A stretch of 64,000 nt of DNA from Christensenellaceae bacterium Phil1 (GCA_963595065.1 CAVBGJ010000007.1:26746-90745); one strand, 5' to 3'; positions 1 through 10,230 are shown, counted from the stretch's first letter. A program made the numbers and translations. Notes: generated by a model not told the origin, from the sequence alone.

Positions 1-3000
1 GTTTGCGCGGTCAAGTACCAGGTTTGCATTGCTATCGACCCTGAAACCACTGGCAGAGCATTTGAGGTTCAGCTGCCCGGTTTTCTCGGAATCGATAACG
101 GTAAGCCCCGTGTTGGAGGGAACAACCACCGCATTGGCTATATCCGAACCGGCAACCGTAAGGGTATGCCCAGCCAAATCAAGCGTGATGGAACGGTTCG
201 TACCGGCAGTGCTGCTGGAAAGGTCCAGCGCAGACTTAGCCGAAACGTCCGCCGCCAGCTTAATAGTGCTGCCATCAGCGGCTTCGGAAAAGGCCTTGCT
301 AAGAACGTAGTACTCCGTGGAGTCGATAGTGGCCACCACATTGCGGTCAAGTTCCAGCACGCTGCACGAAGATCCAAACCTCAAAGGCCAATTCTCGCCA
401 TCAAGCCAAACGGAGAACATCCCCTTTTGGCTCTCAGTGAAATTTTCATCATCGCCAGCAGGGCGCTTGGCGAATTCGTCGGAGAAGCCGGAGGCGAGCT
501 GAACGCCTAGAACCTTATTGTTCTTGGAAACAAAGCTGCTACTCAGCTGAAGGGGGCTCTTCAATCCCGCAATGTCGGAATGTTCGGCGCTAGAAGCTAT
601 GCCGCATTCGCCGGCCAAGGCCAGCGTTCCCGAATCAACATAGACGCCCGCCTCTTTCGGAGACGTGCTGCTCCCGGAAGACTGTTCTTCAACGGTGCAG
701 CGGGTAAGGGTAACGTTTTTGCCTGCTACATAGACACCAGTAGAATAGCTAGACTCAGCAGAGCAATCCTTGCTTTCGGCAGTAATGGTTGTATCGGTTG
801 CCATAAAGGCGTCCGTGCCAGCCGCATAAACACCAGCAACGCCAACATATGTCTTGGCCATGTCGGACCCCAAAGCAGTAACGACAGAACGATTCAGGTT
901 CGCCGTAGAGCTACCGCCAAGGTACACGCCGTGAACCATGCCATTGGTTGATTTCGCCTCAACGGCGATACCGATCAAATTGACGGTCGCCATGTTGACA
1001 TAAACGCCAACAGCACCTGCACCGTTTTCGCCAGAAGCTTTGATGGCAACGGGGGCGGAAGAGGCGTCACCCGCAATAAGAGACGGCAAATCGGAAGTGC
1101 TGGCACTGAACGTACCACCCGTAACGCTGACAGCATGGATGGAGGTTGACCCTTCCACGTCCACGGTAACGCTGGGATCCAGAACAAGCTCGCCAGAGCC
1201 CGTCATGGATACGGCCGTGGCATAGCCCCCGTCTTTGGCACCGCAAAGCACCTGGCCGCCCTCCACCGAAGACTTCAAGGTCACTTTGGCTTTAGAGCTG
1301 CATTTGAATTCCTTGACGGGTGCCCCATTCAGATCCACGGTATAGGTAAGGCCATCTACGCTAGAGGAAGCCTTTTCCTCGGATCCGGGAGCGAACTCAA
1401 CCGCATCCCCGCTCCACCTGTTAGAGTTGAGCTTGATCGTATCACCGCTCGTTACAGCACTATTGGCCTGGGAAAACGTTCTGTAATAGCCTTTGATGTC
1501 ACCATTGGAGCCAACAATATAGGCACCGCAGGTATTCTCGTCTATTTCGGTAAACGAGAGGCCATCTTTCGTTAAAGTTACGTCTCTTGATGTCGAAGTA
1601 CCAATGCCCTTGAACGAATCCCCGAGAGCCGCAAGCTCAGCTTCTGTGGGCTCAAAACCATCCGCAAACGAAAAGATCTTGGCTCCGCCGGCATTGGCCG
1701 TATCCGAGGTCGCACCAACCATAACCGGAAGTGCCCCTGATTCGCTCTTGAACCCACTACCTATCTTGATGGAATTCGGCTGCTCGGCATCAGATTTCAA
1801 AAATGCTTCTACATAACCGTCGGATTGACCAACCTGCGAAGCTGAGTACGAAACATTGCCGTTAAGGTTGACTGCGCCATCGTTGGCATTGCTGGGAAGA
1901 ACGATTCCGTACGAACCGGTACAACCATTCACATCGAAGGCAGCACCCGTAAAAGAGCAAATGGCGGTTTTCGAATAGTTCGAATCGGTGGATTTGACTG
2001 TATCATGACCATAGCCAAACCCAACAGCAGCACCCGATGGGGCTGTTGCCTTGAAAGCAGAGTTGCTTATATCGAACGTCGGCTCATCCGAGCAGGCAAC
2101 ATAAGCAGCGTAAGCATTGATGCTTTTTTCAGCAGAATCACTTCCCGCAACGAAGTGAGAAGGAGCGGTACATTCGAAACTTGACCCTTCGATCGTGAAG
2201 TTTCCCAGACCCTGATTGCTACGAAGAACCATCGCTGCAATATTGGGACTAAAAGAAGATCTGGTTTTAACCAAATTAGACGCATCGTATACAATCTCCG
2301 AATCGATTATCGAATAATTGAATTCATTAAACGAATAACTGTTGTACGAGGCGATATCTATCGAAAGGGCGCTGCCTGTGTGTTCGTCTTCAGGGCTATT
2401 TGAGGGGTTAAAGCCGAAACCAGTCTCAATAGACACACCAGAGCCGTCCTCGCTTGAGTACGATTTCGATATGTGCACATTATTCAATTCAAAATTGTTC
2501 GCGCAAACAGATAGTTGACCGCTACCAGAAAAGACCAAATTGCCCTTTTTCTCTTTATCACTGCTCATTATGACCAGCGATTCCGAAGTAACAGCCCAAG
2601 ATTGCGTCGCAGAGCCCCAAACGAAGCTCTGATCTTTCGGAAAAATCAGGGTATATCCGTTGAGATCAAGCACAAGACTCAATGCGTTCTCGCTCATGAC
2701 CCAATCATCATAACCATTAAGGCCACTACTCAGTTCGACATCGCTAGTGAGCTTATACTTGAAACTATGATCTCCCTCTTCCTCGATCGTAAACTTATCG
2801 TTGGTCAAGTAATCAGCGGCATTATCTTGGTTAACCTCAACCCAACCATCATCGGTTGCAACTTCGGAATCAACGGTCGGATCAGTCGATGCCAATGCAA
2901 TCGCTTCGTTCCCGCTGCTTTGCTGCTTTTCGCTGCCGCTTTCTGCGGAGACGAAAAACAACTTGCCATTGGAGCTATTGCATTTCAACTCGTCGGGATT

Positions 3001-4032
3001 GATTGCGCTTGTAAACGCTCCCTCGGGAATCTGAACACCTTCAGTAATCGTGGCAAAAGCCGTACCATTCACATTGCCGTCGGTATAGACGCTCAACCCA
3101 GTGGCTGCGAAGTCTTGCCCAACTTCAAACCCGGGAGCTTGCTTGCAGTAGATATCGCAAGCATCCCCAGCAGAAGATGTAGAGACCTGCGTTTTACCAA
3201 GGAGCTGTGCTCCCTTTTCCGCAAAATAGAAGCCAACAGAAAGGCCGGACGCATCTGTGCCAAGAACCTTTTCGCCGTACTTCGTCAGAAGGTCGTTTGC
3301 CGACTGCCCGTCCAGCGAAATCATATTCAGCTTAGAGCTGATCTTACAGCCGTTGAAAACCGCATTCAACGAGGTGCGACTATCGTTTGCATCGGAATAC
3401 CCGGCATAAACACCGTAGCAATCGAACTTAGAGGCAGTGGATCCCGCGTCAACGGTGTTGACCTCAACGTCGATGAACAGGTCGCGAACCTCAAGCGAAG
3501 GAATAGGAGCGCTTTCGGATTGGGTCGACGCATCGCCGGGCTTGTAGTTGGCCAAAATACCGCAGGTTACTTCTTCGGCCTTGTTAGCAGCTACCGATAT
3601 ACCGGCCTGCGGGTCTTCCTCAGACCCCTCCTTCGCGGCTGAGTCGTAAAGAACAACCTTACCTTGGGAAGAGCTGATATCTATAGCGGCCAAAACCGTT
3701 CCCTTCACCGTGGCCTTATGGCTCCGAAAGTCGATCGAGACTTCCTCATCTTCCGGCGCTGCAACGGTTAGGGTTCCAGACGTTTGGACATCGGACGAAA
3801 GGTAATAGCACCCCCCCTTGGTAATGCTGAGAGAACCCTTGCTCCATTCAGCGGAAATGTCAATCGCTTCTTCGTTCGAAGAACCAGTTGCTACCGTACT
3901 TGTTAAGGAATCGGACTGCTGCGCCTTGTCTGCAAAAGCAGCCGTTGGAATCGTCATGCCCAGCGCAAGAACAATGCTCATAAACAACGAGCATGCTCTT
4001 CTTATGCCGGGCGAATCAATTAATACACTCAT
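1..4032 (-). CDS. Large secreted/surface protein (>1340 aa), 3' end outside window
   Basis: ATG at 4032 gives MSVLIDSPGIRRACSLFMSIVLALGMTIPTAAFA-DK (signal peptide). The same frame is open at the window edge. It is absent from the ORF track, presumably because there is no stop in the window. Ser/Thr/Gly/Asp-rich; I did not translate every codon. Confidence 0.75.
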   Translation of the reverse strand, partial: MSVLIDSPGIRRACSLFMSIVLALGMTIPTAAFADKAQQSDSLTSTVATGSSNEEAIDISAEWSKGSLSITKGGCYYLSSDVQTSGTLTVAAPEDEEVSIDFRSHKATVKGTVLAAIDISSSQGKVVLYDSAAKEGSEEDPQAGISVAANKAEEVTCGILANYKPGDASTQSESAPIPSLEVRDLFIDVEVNTVDAGSTASKFDCYGVYAGYSDANDSRTSLNAVFNGCKISSKLNMISLDGQSANDLLTKYGEKVLGTDASGLSVGFYFAEKGAQLLGKTQVSTSSAGDACDIYCKQAPGFEVGQDFAATGLSVYTDGNVNGTAFATITEGVQIPEGAFTSAINPDELKCNSSNGKLFFVSAESGSEKQQSSGNEAIALASTDPTVDSEVATDDGWVEVNQDNAADYLTNDKFTIEEEGDHSFKYKLTSDVELSSGLNGYDDWVMSENALSLVLDLNGYTLIFPKDQSFVWGSATQSWAVTSESLVIMSSDKEKKGNLVFSGSGQLSVCANNFELNNVHISKSYSSEDGSGVSIETGFGFNPSNSPEDEHTGSALSIDIASYNSYSFNEFNYSIIDSEIVYDASNLVKTRSSFSPNIAAMVLRSNQGLGNFTIEGSSFECTAPSHFVAGSDSAEKSINAYAAYVACSDEPTFDISNSAFKATAPSGAAVGFGYGHDTVKSTDSNYSKTAICSFTGAAFDVNGCTGSYGIVLPSNANDGAVNLNGNVSYSASQVGQSDGYVEAFLKSDAEQPNSIKIGSGFKSESGALPVMVGATSDTANAGGAKIFSFADGFEPTEAELAALGDSFKGIGTSTSRDVTLTKDGLSFTEIDENTCGAYIVGSNGDIKGYYRTFSQANSAVTSGDTIKLNSNRWSGDAVEFAPGSEEKASSSVDGLTYTVDLNGAPVKEFKCSSKAKVTLKSSVEGGQVLCGAKDGGYATAVSMTGSGELVLDPSVTVDVEGSTSIHAVSVTGGTFSASTSDLPSLIAGDASSAPVAIKASGENGAGAVGVYVNMATVNLIGIAVEAKSTNGMVHGVYLGGSSTANLNRSVVTALGSDMAKTYVGVAGVYAAGTDAFMATDTTITAESKDCSAESSYSTGVYVAGKNVTLTRCTVEEQSSGSSTSPKEAGVYVDSGTLALAGECGIASSAEHSDIAGLKSPLQLSSSFVSKNNKVLGVQLASGFSDEFAKRPAGDDENFTESQKGMFSVWLDGENWPLRFGSSCSVLELDRNVVATIDSTEYYVLSKAFSEAADGSTIKLAADVSAKSALDLSSSTAGTNRSITLDLAGHTLTVAGSDIANAVVVPSNTGLTVIDSEKTGQLNLKCSASGFRVDSNANLVLDRAN

Positions 4033-4047
4033 TCTTAAACCCACTAA

Positions 4048-5475
4048 TTAATTCGCGGTACCGTCAACGATCTGGGAAACCGTATGTCCCTTGGTATTGG
4101 TGGAAGTGCTCCAATTTGCAACGTCCGAATCCTCCCACAGCTTGGCATTATCTTCGGTCGTAGTGTCAGCAGCATCCCAATTGCGGACGCCATCCATGGC
4201 CTGGTCTATGACGTAGCCCAGATTGCTATCGGAAATATGGTAGAAGTGGCTGTAGTAGTAGGCGATGAACGCATCCTGATCGATGAGCTCGGGATACAGG
4301 CAACCATAAATACGACCGATGTTCTGGGCATTCTCAACCGAGTTCATCGTCACCCCGTACATAGAGCCCTGCGAACCGTTGTCCTTGACGAAATACGTAG
4401 AGCTGACCAGGCCATCGTCCTCTAGGTCGCCCATGATCGTACCGTAGTTCGCGCTCGAGGACTGACCACCGACAAGGATCAGGTTCAGTTTGCCGCTGGC
4501 AAGGGCAGCCTTCATCGCGCTTGCTTTGATTCCGCCTGTCTTATCGCTGCCAAAATTGTTGGCAACCCTGGAAGCAGTCTCGAAATAGCGGTTGCTGCTG
4601 GCTGTCCCATCGGTAGAGTCCGCCGTCATTACCTCATAGACGTTATTGCCGGAAGCATCAGTCGACACATTGGTCACGACAACAAAGCTCTTCTTGGATG
4701 AATCGGAAACATTATTGAGAATATAGTTTGTGGTGTTGTTGATGTAGTTCTCATAGTCCTGGGCGATGGCGGAGATGCTGCCATAGCGGCCAGAAGCTTT
4801 GCCGTCCGACACCGAGGCGTTCGCGGCGGCAACGATATTGTCCATGGACTCGATGAGCGAGTCGTAATTGGAGATGTTGTAGTTCGCGCCCTTGGGGCTG
4901 TAGCCCGATATCTGGGAGGCCGCGGTGCTGTAGGTGTCGATGCCGCCACCGTTGGTTCCCACAATCACGTTGGGCTTGAGGTTCCATATAGCGTCGTCGT
5001 TGGAAGCGATGGTTCCGCCGTACGAGGCCAAGGTGGCGTTCGGCCCCTTGCCGCTGCCGTGACGGCTAGCGCTGAAGACGGCCTTGGGCGTCTTGGCAGT
5101 GGAGCCGGAGGCCAGGTTTGCAAGGTACGTGCTGGGATTGGTGTTGTAGTTCGAGGCGCATAGGTAGTACTTGGGCTGGTCCCAGCTGTATTGCGGTACC
5201 CCTTCAACCACGCTCACGAACTGCCCGGACTCCTCCACGGAGTTGATGCCCAAAATCTCCAGCGAGGGCATTGCGGCACGGGTGGCCGCGCCGGTTACCA
5301 CCGTGGAGTCGAGCGTGGAGCTCACGTCCCGGGCCGCCGCATCATTTGCCTCGTTCACCGCGCCCGCGAAGGCGGTGGACGGGACCAGCATGGTGAAGGC
5401 CAGCGCCGCACCGCAGATCAATGCCCCGGCTTGCTTCGCATAGTCCTTACGGATGGCTGCAAATGTTGTTTTCAT
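4048..5475 (-). CDS. Secreted protein, distant ABC substrate-binding-protein-like
   Basis: 475-aa ORF with signal peptide (LAFTMLVPSTAFA), 'LKPNVIVG' segment and C-terminal 'CLYPELIDQ...YYYSHFYH' typical of Fe/B12-type binding proteins. Confidence 0.55.
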   Translation of the reverse strand: MKTTFAAIRKDYAKQAGALICGAALAFTMLVPSTAFAGAVNEANDAAARDVSSTLDSTVVTGAATRAAMPSLEILGINSVEESGQFVSVVEGVPQYSWDQPKYYLCASNYNTNPSTYLANLASGSTAKTPKAVFSASRHGSGKGPNATLASYGGTIASNDDAIWNLKPNVIVGTNGGGIDTYSTAASQISGYSPKGANYNISNYDSLIESMDNIVAAANASVSDGKASGRYGSISAIAQDYENYINNTTNYILNNVSDSSKKSFVVVTNVSTDASGNNVYEVMTADSTDGTASSNRYFETASRVANNFGSDKTGGIKASAMKAALASGKLNLILVGGQSSSANYGTIMGDLEDDGLVSSTYFVKDNGSQGSMYGVTMNSVENAQNIGRIYGCLYPELIDQDAFIAYYYSHFYHISDSNLGYVIDQAMDGVRNWDAADTTTEDNAKLWEDSDVANWSTSTNTKGHTVSQIVDGTAN

Positions 5476-5551
5476 TTTGATTCCTTTCTTTCGGAAACTA
5501 CTTTTGCTTTCAAGAAGTGCATGGCAAAAACGCCAACGCCCTTGACTTCAA

Positions 5552-7495
5552 TTAGGAATGGCAATTCGCCACGTACGTCTCCCCGTAGCCCTCGACCGCC
5601 GACGACGGGTCGCAACGGAAGAACGTGCTGTAGAAGTTGGAAACGTAGCTGGAGCACACGTCCAGGCGCTGTTCCTGCTGGTACATGCAGTAGGTCCACG
5701 GGGCCAGCAGGAAGCTCTCGACGGTGCCGTCTGTCCAGCTTCCGGTTATTCCCGACGGCACCACCCAGATTTGGTACGAAGAAAGGTAAACGCAAACATA
5801 GGAATTCATGGGGCACTTCTCCGCGAGCGCCGCATTGTACGGGGTGATGTTGTTGTAATAAAGATTGTCGTGGACATCGGCATCCTGCGGTGTTTCGGCA
5901 GATCGCTTTATATGTTCAGCAATATCTGAATCCCGTACCAGAATAGCTGGGTACTTGTTTTCCCCTACCAATGCGTATTCGCTTCTTGTTAAACCAGGAT
6001 TACCAAAGCACCAAAACAGCTGTCCTGCGCCTAAACCGCTAACGTCCCTAGCACCACAGCCTTCAAAGTAATCGCTGCCGAAATAATAGTATGGATTGAT
6101 CCGGGTTATTGTGCTCATAACCCCGGCAGACTGCAGGTAATAAAGATAGACCGCATAGTAGTGACGAGGGTTCGTCCACCTTCCGGCGACCCCAACACCA
6201 ATGCCCTCCGAGCCATCAACGTATCGGTAGCTGCCGCTTTGGTAAGTGTCGCAATTAAGCCATCTGTCGACATACGAGGCAATGTAAAAGCTCGAGCTGA
6301 AGTTAGAAGCCTCGGCTCCACGCCCCGTATAGAGAACCTGAGGATAAGTGCTGTTATCGTGTGTATAAAGCGAATAGCCCCCGTTCGCCGACACCACGTT
6401 GTTCAGCGTTTCTGTGTGGAAGCTCTTGTACTTGTTGGCGGCGTCCTTTGCGTTGTACTGGATGCTGCTGCCAGCCTTGCTAAGGATCTCGCCCACTATC
6501 TGCACGCTCTGCAGTATCTCGTCGTCGCCGGCGTACGCCGTGCCCACCGCAGGCATCACCACCACGCTCACGCCCTTTTCCATAAGCTGGTTGGCCTGGT
6601 CCTGGGTTATGCCGCCGTAGGTCTCGTCGCAGGTGAGCACCACCTTGGCGCCGCTGGCCACGATGGCGGCCACGTCGGCGCTGCCCGATGCCCGGCCGTC
6701 GCCGCTCCAGGCCACCTGCACGTTGGACAGCTCGTCGCCGTTGGTGCTGAACGCGCCCTTGCTGCGCATGCGGGAGAGCCATTCGCTGTCGGTTGCCGCA
6801 AGGGCGTTCTTGCCGCCGAGCATCTGCACGATGGTGGCGTACTCGCCCGCCGCGGCGATGCTGCCGGCGTAGGGCAGGTTGACGTAGGTGCCGTCGCTGC
6901 CGTACACCTGGCCGGTGCCGCCGCTTCCCTGGCCGCTGCCGCTGCCGTTGTAGCCGGAGGGGTCGCTGCCGGAGATGTTGTCGGTGCCGGAGTTGCCGGA
7001 GTCGGATGTGCTGTCGGTCTCGGCCTTCTGCACGTAGGAGTTGGCCTTGCTCTGGTCTTCCTCTTCCGCGGTGGAGCCCTCGTCGGAGGCTGCGGCGCCG
7101 CTGCCGCCCTGGCCGCCCTCGGCCGACTCGCCCGCGCCCTCGGTGGCCTTGCCGTCGTTCAGGGAAAGGTCGTTCTGCTGCTTCTGCTGGGCCTGCGAGT
7201 CGTTCGGGGTCTGGCTGTCGTAGGTGGGAGTGTTGTCCTGGCTTTGGCTCTTGTTCTGGTCGTTGTCGGAGTCGTACTGCTTTTCCGCCCAGCTTTCCTG
7301 CAGCGGGCTGGTGGCGTCGTTGTCGGTGATGGGCTCCAGCGAGTTGTCCACCGGGGCGCTCTGGTCGATGATGACCTGCGTCAGCACGTCGGTGTCCTTG
7401 CAGCCCACCAGCGAGAGCACCAGCACGCAGGAGAGCGCCGCCGAAAACGCCGCGCGCACCGCAGCATAGGCCTTGCCGTTCTTCTTCATCCGCAT
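5552..7495 (-). CDS. Lipoprotein with acidic/Gly-Ser linker and ABC substrate-binding-like domain
   Basis: RBS AAGGAG before ATG 7495; lipobox LVGC; low-complexity linker; 'IVQMLGGKNALAATD' and 'YVSNFYSTFF' resemble Fe/B12-type binding proteins. Confidence 0.6.
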   Translation of the reverse strand: MRMKKNGKAYAAVRAAFSAALSCVLVLSLVGCKDTDVLTQVIIDQSAPVDNSLEPITDNDATSPLQESWAEKQYDSDNDQNKSQSQDNTPTYDSQTPNDSQAQQKQQNDLSLNDGKATEGAGESAEGGQGGSGAAASDEGSTAEEEDQSKANSYVQKAETDSTSDSGNSGTDNISGSDPSGYNGSGSGQGSGGTGQVYGSDGTYVNLPYAGSIAAAGEYATIVQMLGGKNALAATDSEWLSRMRSKGAFSTNGDELSNVQVAWSGDGRASGSADVAAIVASGAKVVLTCDETYGGITQDQANQLMEKGVSVVVMPAVGTAYAGDDEILQSVQIVGEILSKAGSSIQYNAKDAANKYKSFHTETLNNVVSANGGYSLYTHDNSTYPQVLYTGRGAEASNFSSSFYIASYVDRWLNCDTYQSGSYRYVDGSEGIGVGVAGRWTNPRHYYAVYLYYLQSAGVMSTITRINPYYYFGSDYFEGCGARDVSGLGAGQLFWCFGNPGLTRSEYALVGENKYPAILVRDSDIAEHIKRSAETPQDADVHDNLYYNNITPYNAALAEKCPMNSYVCVYLSSYQIWVVPSGITGSWTDGTVESFLLAPWTYCMYQQEQRLDVCSSYVSNFYSTFFRCDPSSAVEGYGETYVANCHS

Positions 7496-8096
7496 GCTCC
7501 TTGCAACCGAGCCGACACTTCCCAGGCCGGAAATGTTTCTGGGCGAAGAAGGCCTGCGGGCGAGCGATGGGCTGCGCATGGTGCGCAACCCGGGCGCCGC
7601 AGGTGCCTTACGGCACAGAAGTAGAGCCTAACCTGGCTCTATGATGATGGGTAATGGAATTATCCATTTTCGAGATAACTCAATCGATTCGGCGCAGATT
7701 AACCGTTTCCCTCGGTGAACGGGTTCGCGATTCACCGGTATCGAGAGGATTGTCCGGTTTTTCCGCGACCCCGAGGGTGCGCAAACGTTGCGTACCGCCT
7801 GCTCGAGGGCCGTTTGCACACAGAACGAGCGATATGTGTAAGCGAGCTCGCAGGGCGAGCGGCAGCAGGCCGTGGGCGAGTCGGTTTGAGTCCGTGAGCG
7901 GTGACGGGTGGCGGACAGTGGACGATCCCCGTCTGAGGCTGGAGCCGCGAGCGTGAGCGCTCCCCGTTCGAGCCCAAGCCACAAGCGGCAGCGTGTGGCG
8001 TGCGGCTGCGTTCAGCGTTCGGACTCAGGGCCTTCCTACTGCCAAATCCGCCAATTCCCCAAGTTCCGCTCGACGGTTCGGTGATACAATACGGAA

Positions 8097-8173
8097 TACA
8101 AACGGTGCCCCGCTTACCCGGGCAGCATCGTCGACTTAAAGCCAGGTCACTTTCTCAGGGGTGCCTGGCTTTT
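8097..8173 (+). ncRNA. Putative type I antitoxin sRNA, copy 1
   Basis: Extended -10 TGaTACAAT (8082-8090), conserved 5' hairpin, bidirectional terminator AAAGCCAGG..CCTGGCTTTT; convergent with a small peptide ORF. Ends are approximate. Confidence 0.6.
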
Positions 8174-8216
8174 CTGTTTCAAATGCAGTCCCCCACTTCC
8201 CCTCTTCCCTCCATGC

Positions 8217-8297
8217 CTAGCGGCGGTGGTTGGCTTTGGTGATCTCAAGCACAACCATGAGCAGTGCGCAAAGCGCAACAACGGTCTGGCTATCCAT
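8217..8297 (-). CDS. Putative type I toxin, 26-aa hydrophobic peptide MDSQTVVALCALLMVVLEITKANHRR
   Basis: Hand-translated; SD GAGGGGG inside a hairpin; two paralogous copies nearby. Confidence 0.7.
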   Translation of the reverse strand: MDSQTVVALCALLMVVLEITKANHRR

Positions 8298-8450
8298 GAG
8301 CGGCACCCCCTCTCAAAAGGGGCTGCCCGAGTGCGGGAGCACCGATCACAGGGTACCAAAAGCGGGAGATAAGCGTCCTGGTGGGCGCGGTTGAAGCGAA
8401 ATGATCGTCGCGGTTCCCGGTTTCCTCGGGCGGAAGTGGCCGGCTGGCTC

Positions 8451-8970
8451 CTATTCGTTCTTGAGCAAGCCGATGCAGTAGATCGGCGCGTAAAGAACCT
8501 TGTCAACACGCTGTATGTTTTCCGCACCGAGAACATACGCTGTATCCAAGTGATAGTTCTTCACGCCAAGGACGTTGTCTATCGCGCTATGCCGTCTGTA
8601 CGACTTCCCCGACTTCACTTCTATGGGAAACACTTCCCCATCCCTGTTCTCGATCACGAAATCGATTTCTCCCAGCTTCTTGCTGTTGAAGTAGTACAGG
8701 GGGGTAGCCGTGCGCTGCCAGCTCTTGGGCGACCACGCTTTCATACACGCTTCCATGGTTGGTTTCGGGCGTTTCTCCCAAAAGGCTGAAAGCCGTTTTG
8801 CGAGAATACGAGCTTGTGAGCAGACCCACATCTGAATAGAACAGCTTGAAAAGGTTCCGCTGCTTCGATGCCAACAGGGGGCTTGCCGGTGCTTCAACGT
8901 TGTAAACAGGCAGCGTGACATTGGCTGCGGATATCCATAGGAACGCATCCTCGTACGAACGCAGACAAAT
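8451..8970 (-). pseudogene. C-terminal fragment of AAA_14/DUF4143 ATPase, frameshifted
   Basis: 'KLFYSDVGLL...GSVYESVVAQELAAHGY' in one frame and 'LYYFNSKKLGEIDFVIE..PIEVKSGKSY' in another, with the shift at a G6 run (8699-8704). The Walker A region is missing. Confidence 0.85.
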
Positions 8971-8990
8971 CACCTGTTCAGAATAGGCAT

Positions 8991-9068
8991 ATGCCACTTT
9001 TTCCTACAATTTTACAGCTGAAATGCCACTTTTTCCTACATTAATTGAGGTGAATATGCCACTTTTCC
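8991..9068. repeat. 3x ATGCCACTTTT(T)CC, 32-33-bp period, upstream of the ATPase fragment
   Basis: Units start at 8991, 9023, 9056. Confidence 0.9.
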
Positions 9069-9113
9069 AACGGAAATCAACCACGTAGCAGATGGCGTGC
9101 GTTCCCCGTCCTA

Positions 9114-9300
9114 CTTGCGTTTTCCAACCCGAAATCGGGCGTTTTGCCTGCGTTTTCCACCCCGAAAACAGCCAAATCACTTGCGTTTTCCAACCGGGGT
9201 AGCTTGCCCTAGGGCATCGGTGGGCAATGGATTTTCGAAAAAACAGTAGCCAAGCTAACGAAAGCTAAAAAAGCTAACAAATGTTGGCGCCTGCTAACCA
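9114..9300. repeat. Repeat block with 3x C(T/C)TGCGTTTTCCA (33-bp period) plus AAGCTAA short repeats; duplicated near 11948-12102
   Basis: Units at 9114, 9147, 9180; about 155 bp nearly identical to 11948-12102. Confidence 0.9.
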
Positions 9301-9506
9301 GAGCTAAAAAAGCTAACGCATGCTAACTAAAATGAAAGCGGCTGCTTGGCTATTCCCTTATTCCCCATCGTTGCTCTTGCTTATTTCGGATACTAAGCAG
9401 CAAACAACCGTCCTACAATGGGAATGAGCGCAGGCAGCGTCTTTTCGGCCGCCATATCTACCAATTCCCTAGGTTCCGCTCGGCGGTTCGGTGATACAAT
9501 ACGGAA

Positions 9507-9585
9507 TACAAACGGTGCCCCGCTTACCCGGGCAGCATCGTCGACTTAAAACCAGGCTACGCTTCGAACTCTAGCCTGGTTTTTT
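9507..9585 (+). ncRNA. Putative type I antitoxin sRNA, copy 2
   Basis: TGaTACAAT at 9492-9500, same 5' sequence as copy 1, terminator AAAACCAGGCTA..TAGCCTGGTTTTTT. Confidence 0.6.
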
Positions 9586-9631
9586 ATTGCCAAGACACCG
9601 ATCACACCCTCCTCTCTGCCGCAGCGGGCCG

Positions 9632-9712
9632 TTAGCGCCGCTGGTTGGCGTTCAGGATTTCCAGGACTACAGTCAAAACCGCGCAGAGCGCGATGATCGT
9701 CTGAGGATCCAT
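9632..9712 (-). CDS. Putative type I toxin, 26-aa peptide MDPQTIIALCAVLTVVLEILNANQRR
   Basis: Last 26 codons of track ORF 9632..9976; SD AAAGGGGG; paralog of 8217..8297. Confidence 0.7.
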   Translation of the reverse strand: MDPQTIIALCAVLTVVLEILNANQRR

Positions 9713-9779
9713 GGCGAACACCCCCTTTCGGGGCTGCCCGGGTGCGAAACACCGCAGACTAGGGTACCAAAAGCGGGAG

Positions 9780-10013
9780 ATAAGCGTCCTGGTGGGCGCG
9801 CGCGGCACGGGCAAGACTACCCTGCTCTCGTACTTCGCCGACAAGGCCGAGGCCGACGGCTGGGTCACCGCACGTGTGACCTGCGTTGCCGGCATGCTCG
9901 ACGACATCCTTGTAAGAACCCGGCGCGGGGCAAAGCACTTCGTAGACACCCAGCCTTCAAGGAAGATCAAGTCCATCGGCCTGGAAGGTCTCGCCGAAGA
10001 ACACGATCTCTAA
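9780..10013 (+). pseudogene. Fragment of a different P-loop ATPase
   Basis: 'ISVLVGARGTGKTTLLSYFADKAEADGW' Walker A; no proper start and truncated after about 75 aa. Confidence 0.7.
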
Positions 10014-10104
10014 GCGCTCGTGCGCCATTGCCGTGGGGTCGTGGGGTTCGCACCGGTGCCAATTTTCCGGATTACGCTCGGCGGTTCGGTGATACAATAC
10101 GGAA

Positions 10105-10185
10105 TACAAACGGTGCCCCGCTTACCCGGGCAGCATCGGTTAATCAAAGGCCAGGCTAGCCGTCAAACCTATGCCTGGCTTTTTT
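10105..10185 (+). ncRNA. Putative type I antitoxin sRNA, copy 3
   Basis: TGaTACAAT at 10090-10098, conserved 5' part, terminator GCCAGGC..GCCTGGCTTTTTT. Confidence 0.6.
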
Positions 10186-10230
10186 CATGTCCAAATGCAG
10201 TCCACACCTCTTCCCTGTCAACCCACGCCG

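Noticed and set aside
8699..8704. Phase variation at the G6 run
   Set aside because: The run is short and the gene already lacks its N-terminal two-thirds, so reversion would not restore function.
8060..10140. Three ~70-bp repeats as a CRISPR-like or attC-like array
   Set aside because: Spacing is 1410 and about 600 bp, and each copy is explained as the promoter and sRNA of a TA-like module; no integrase is seen.
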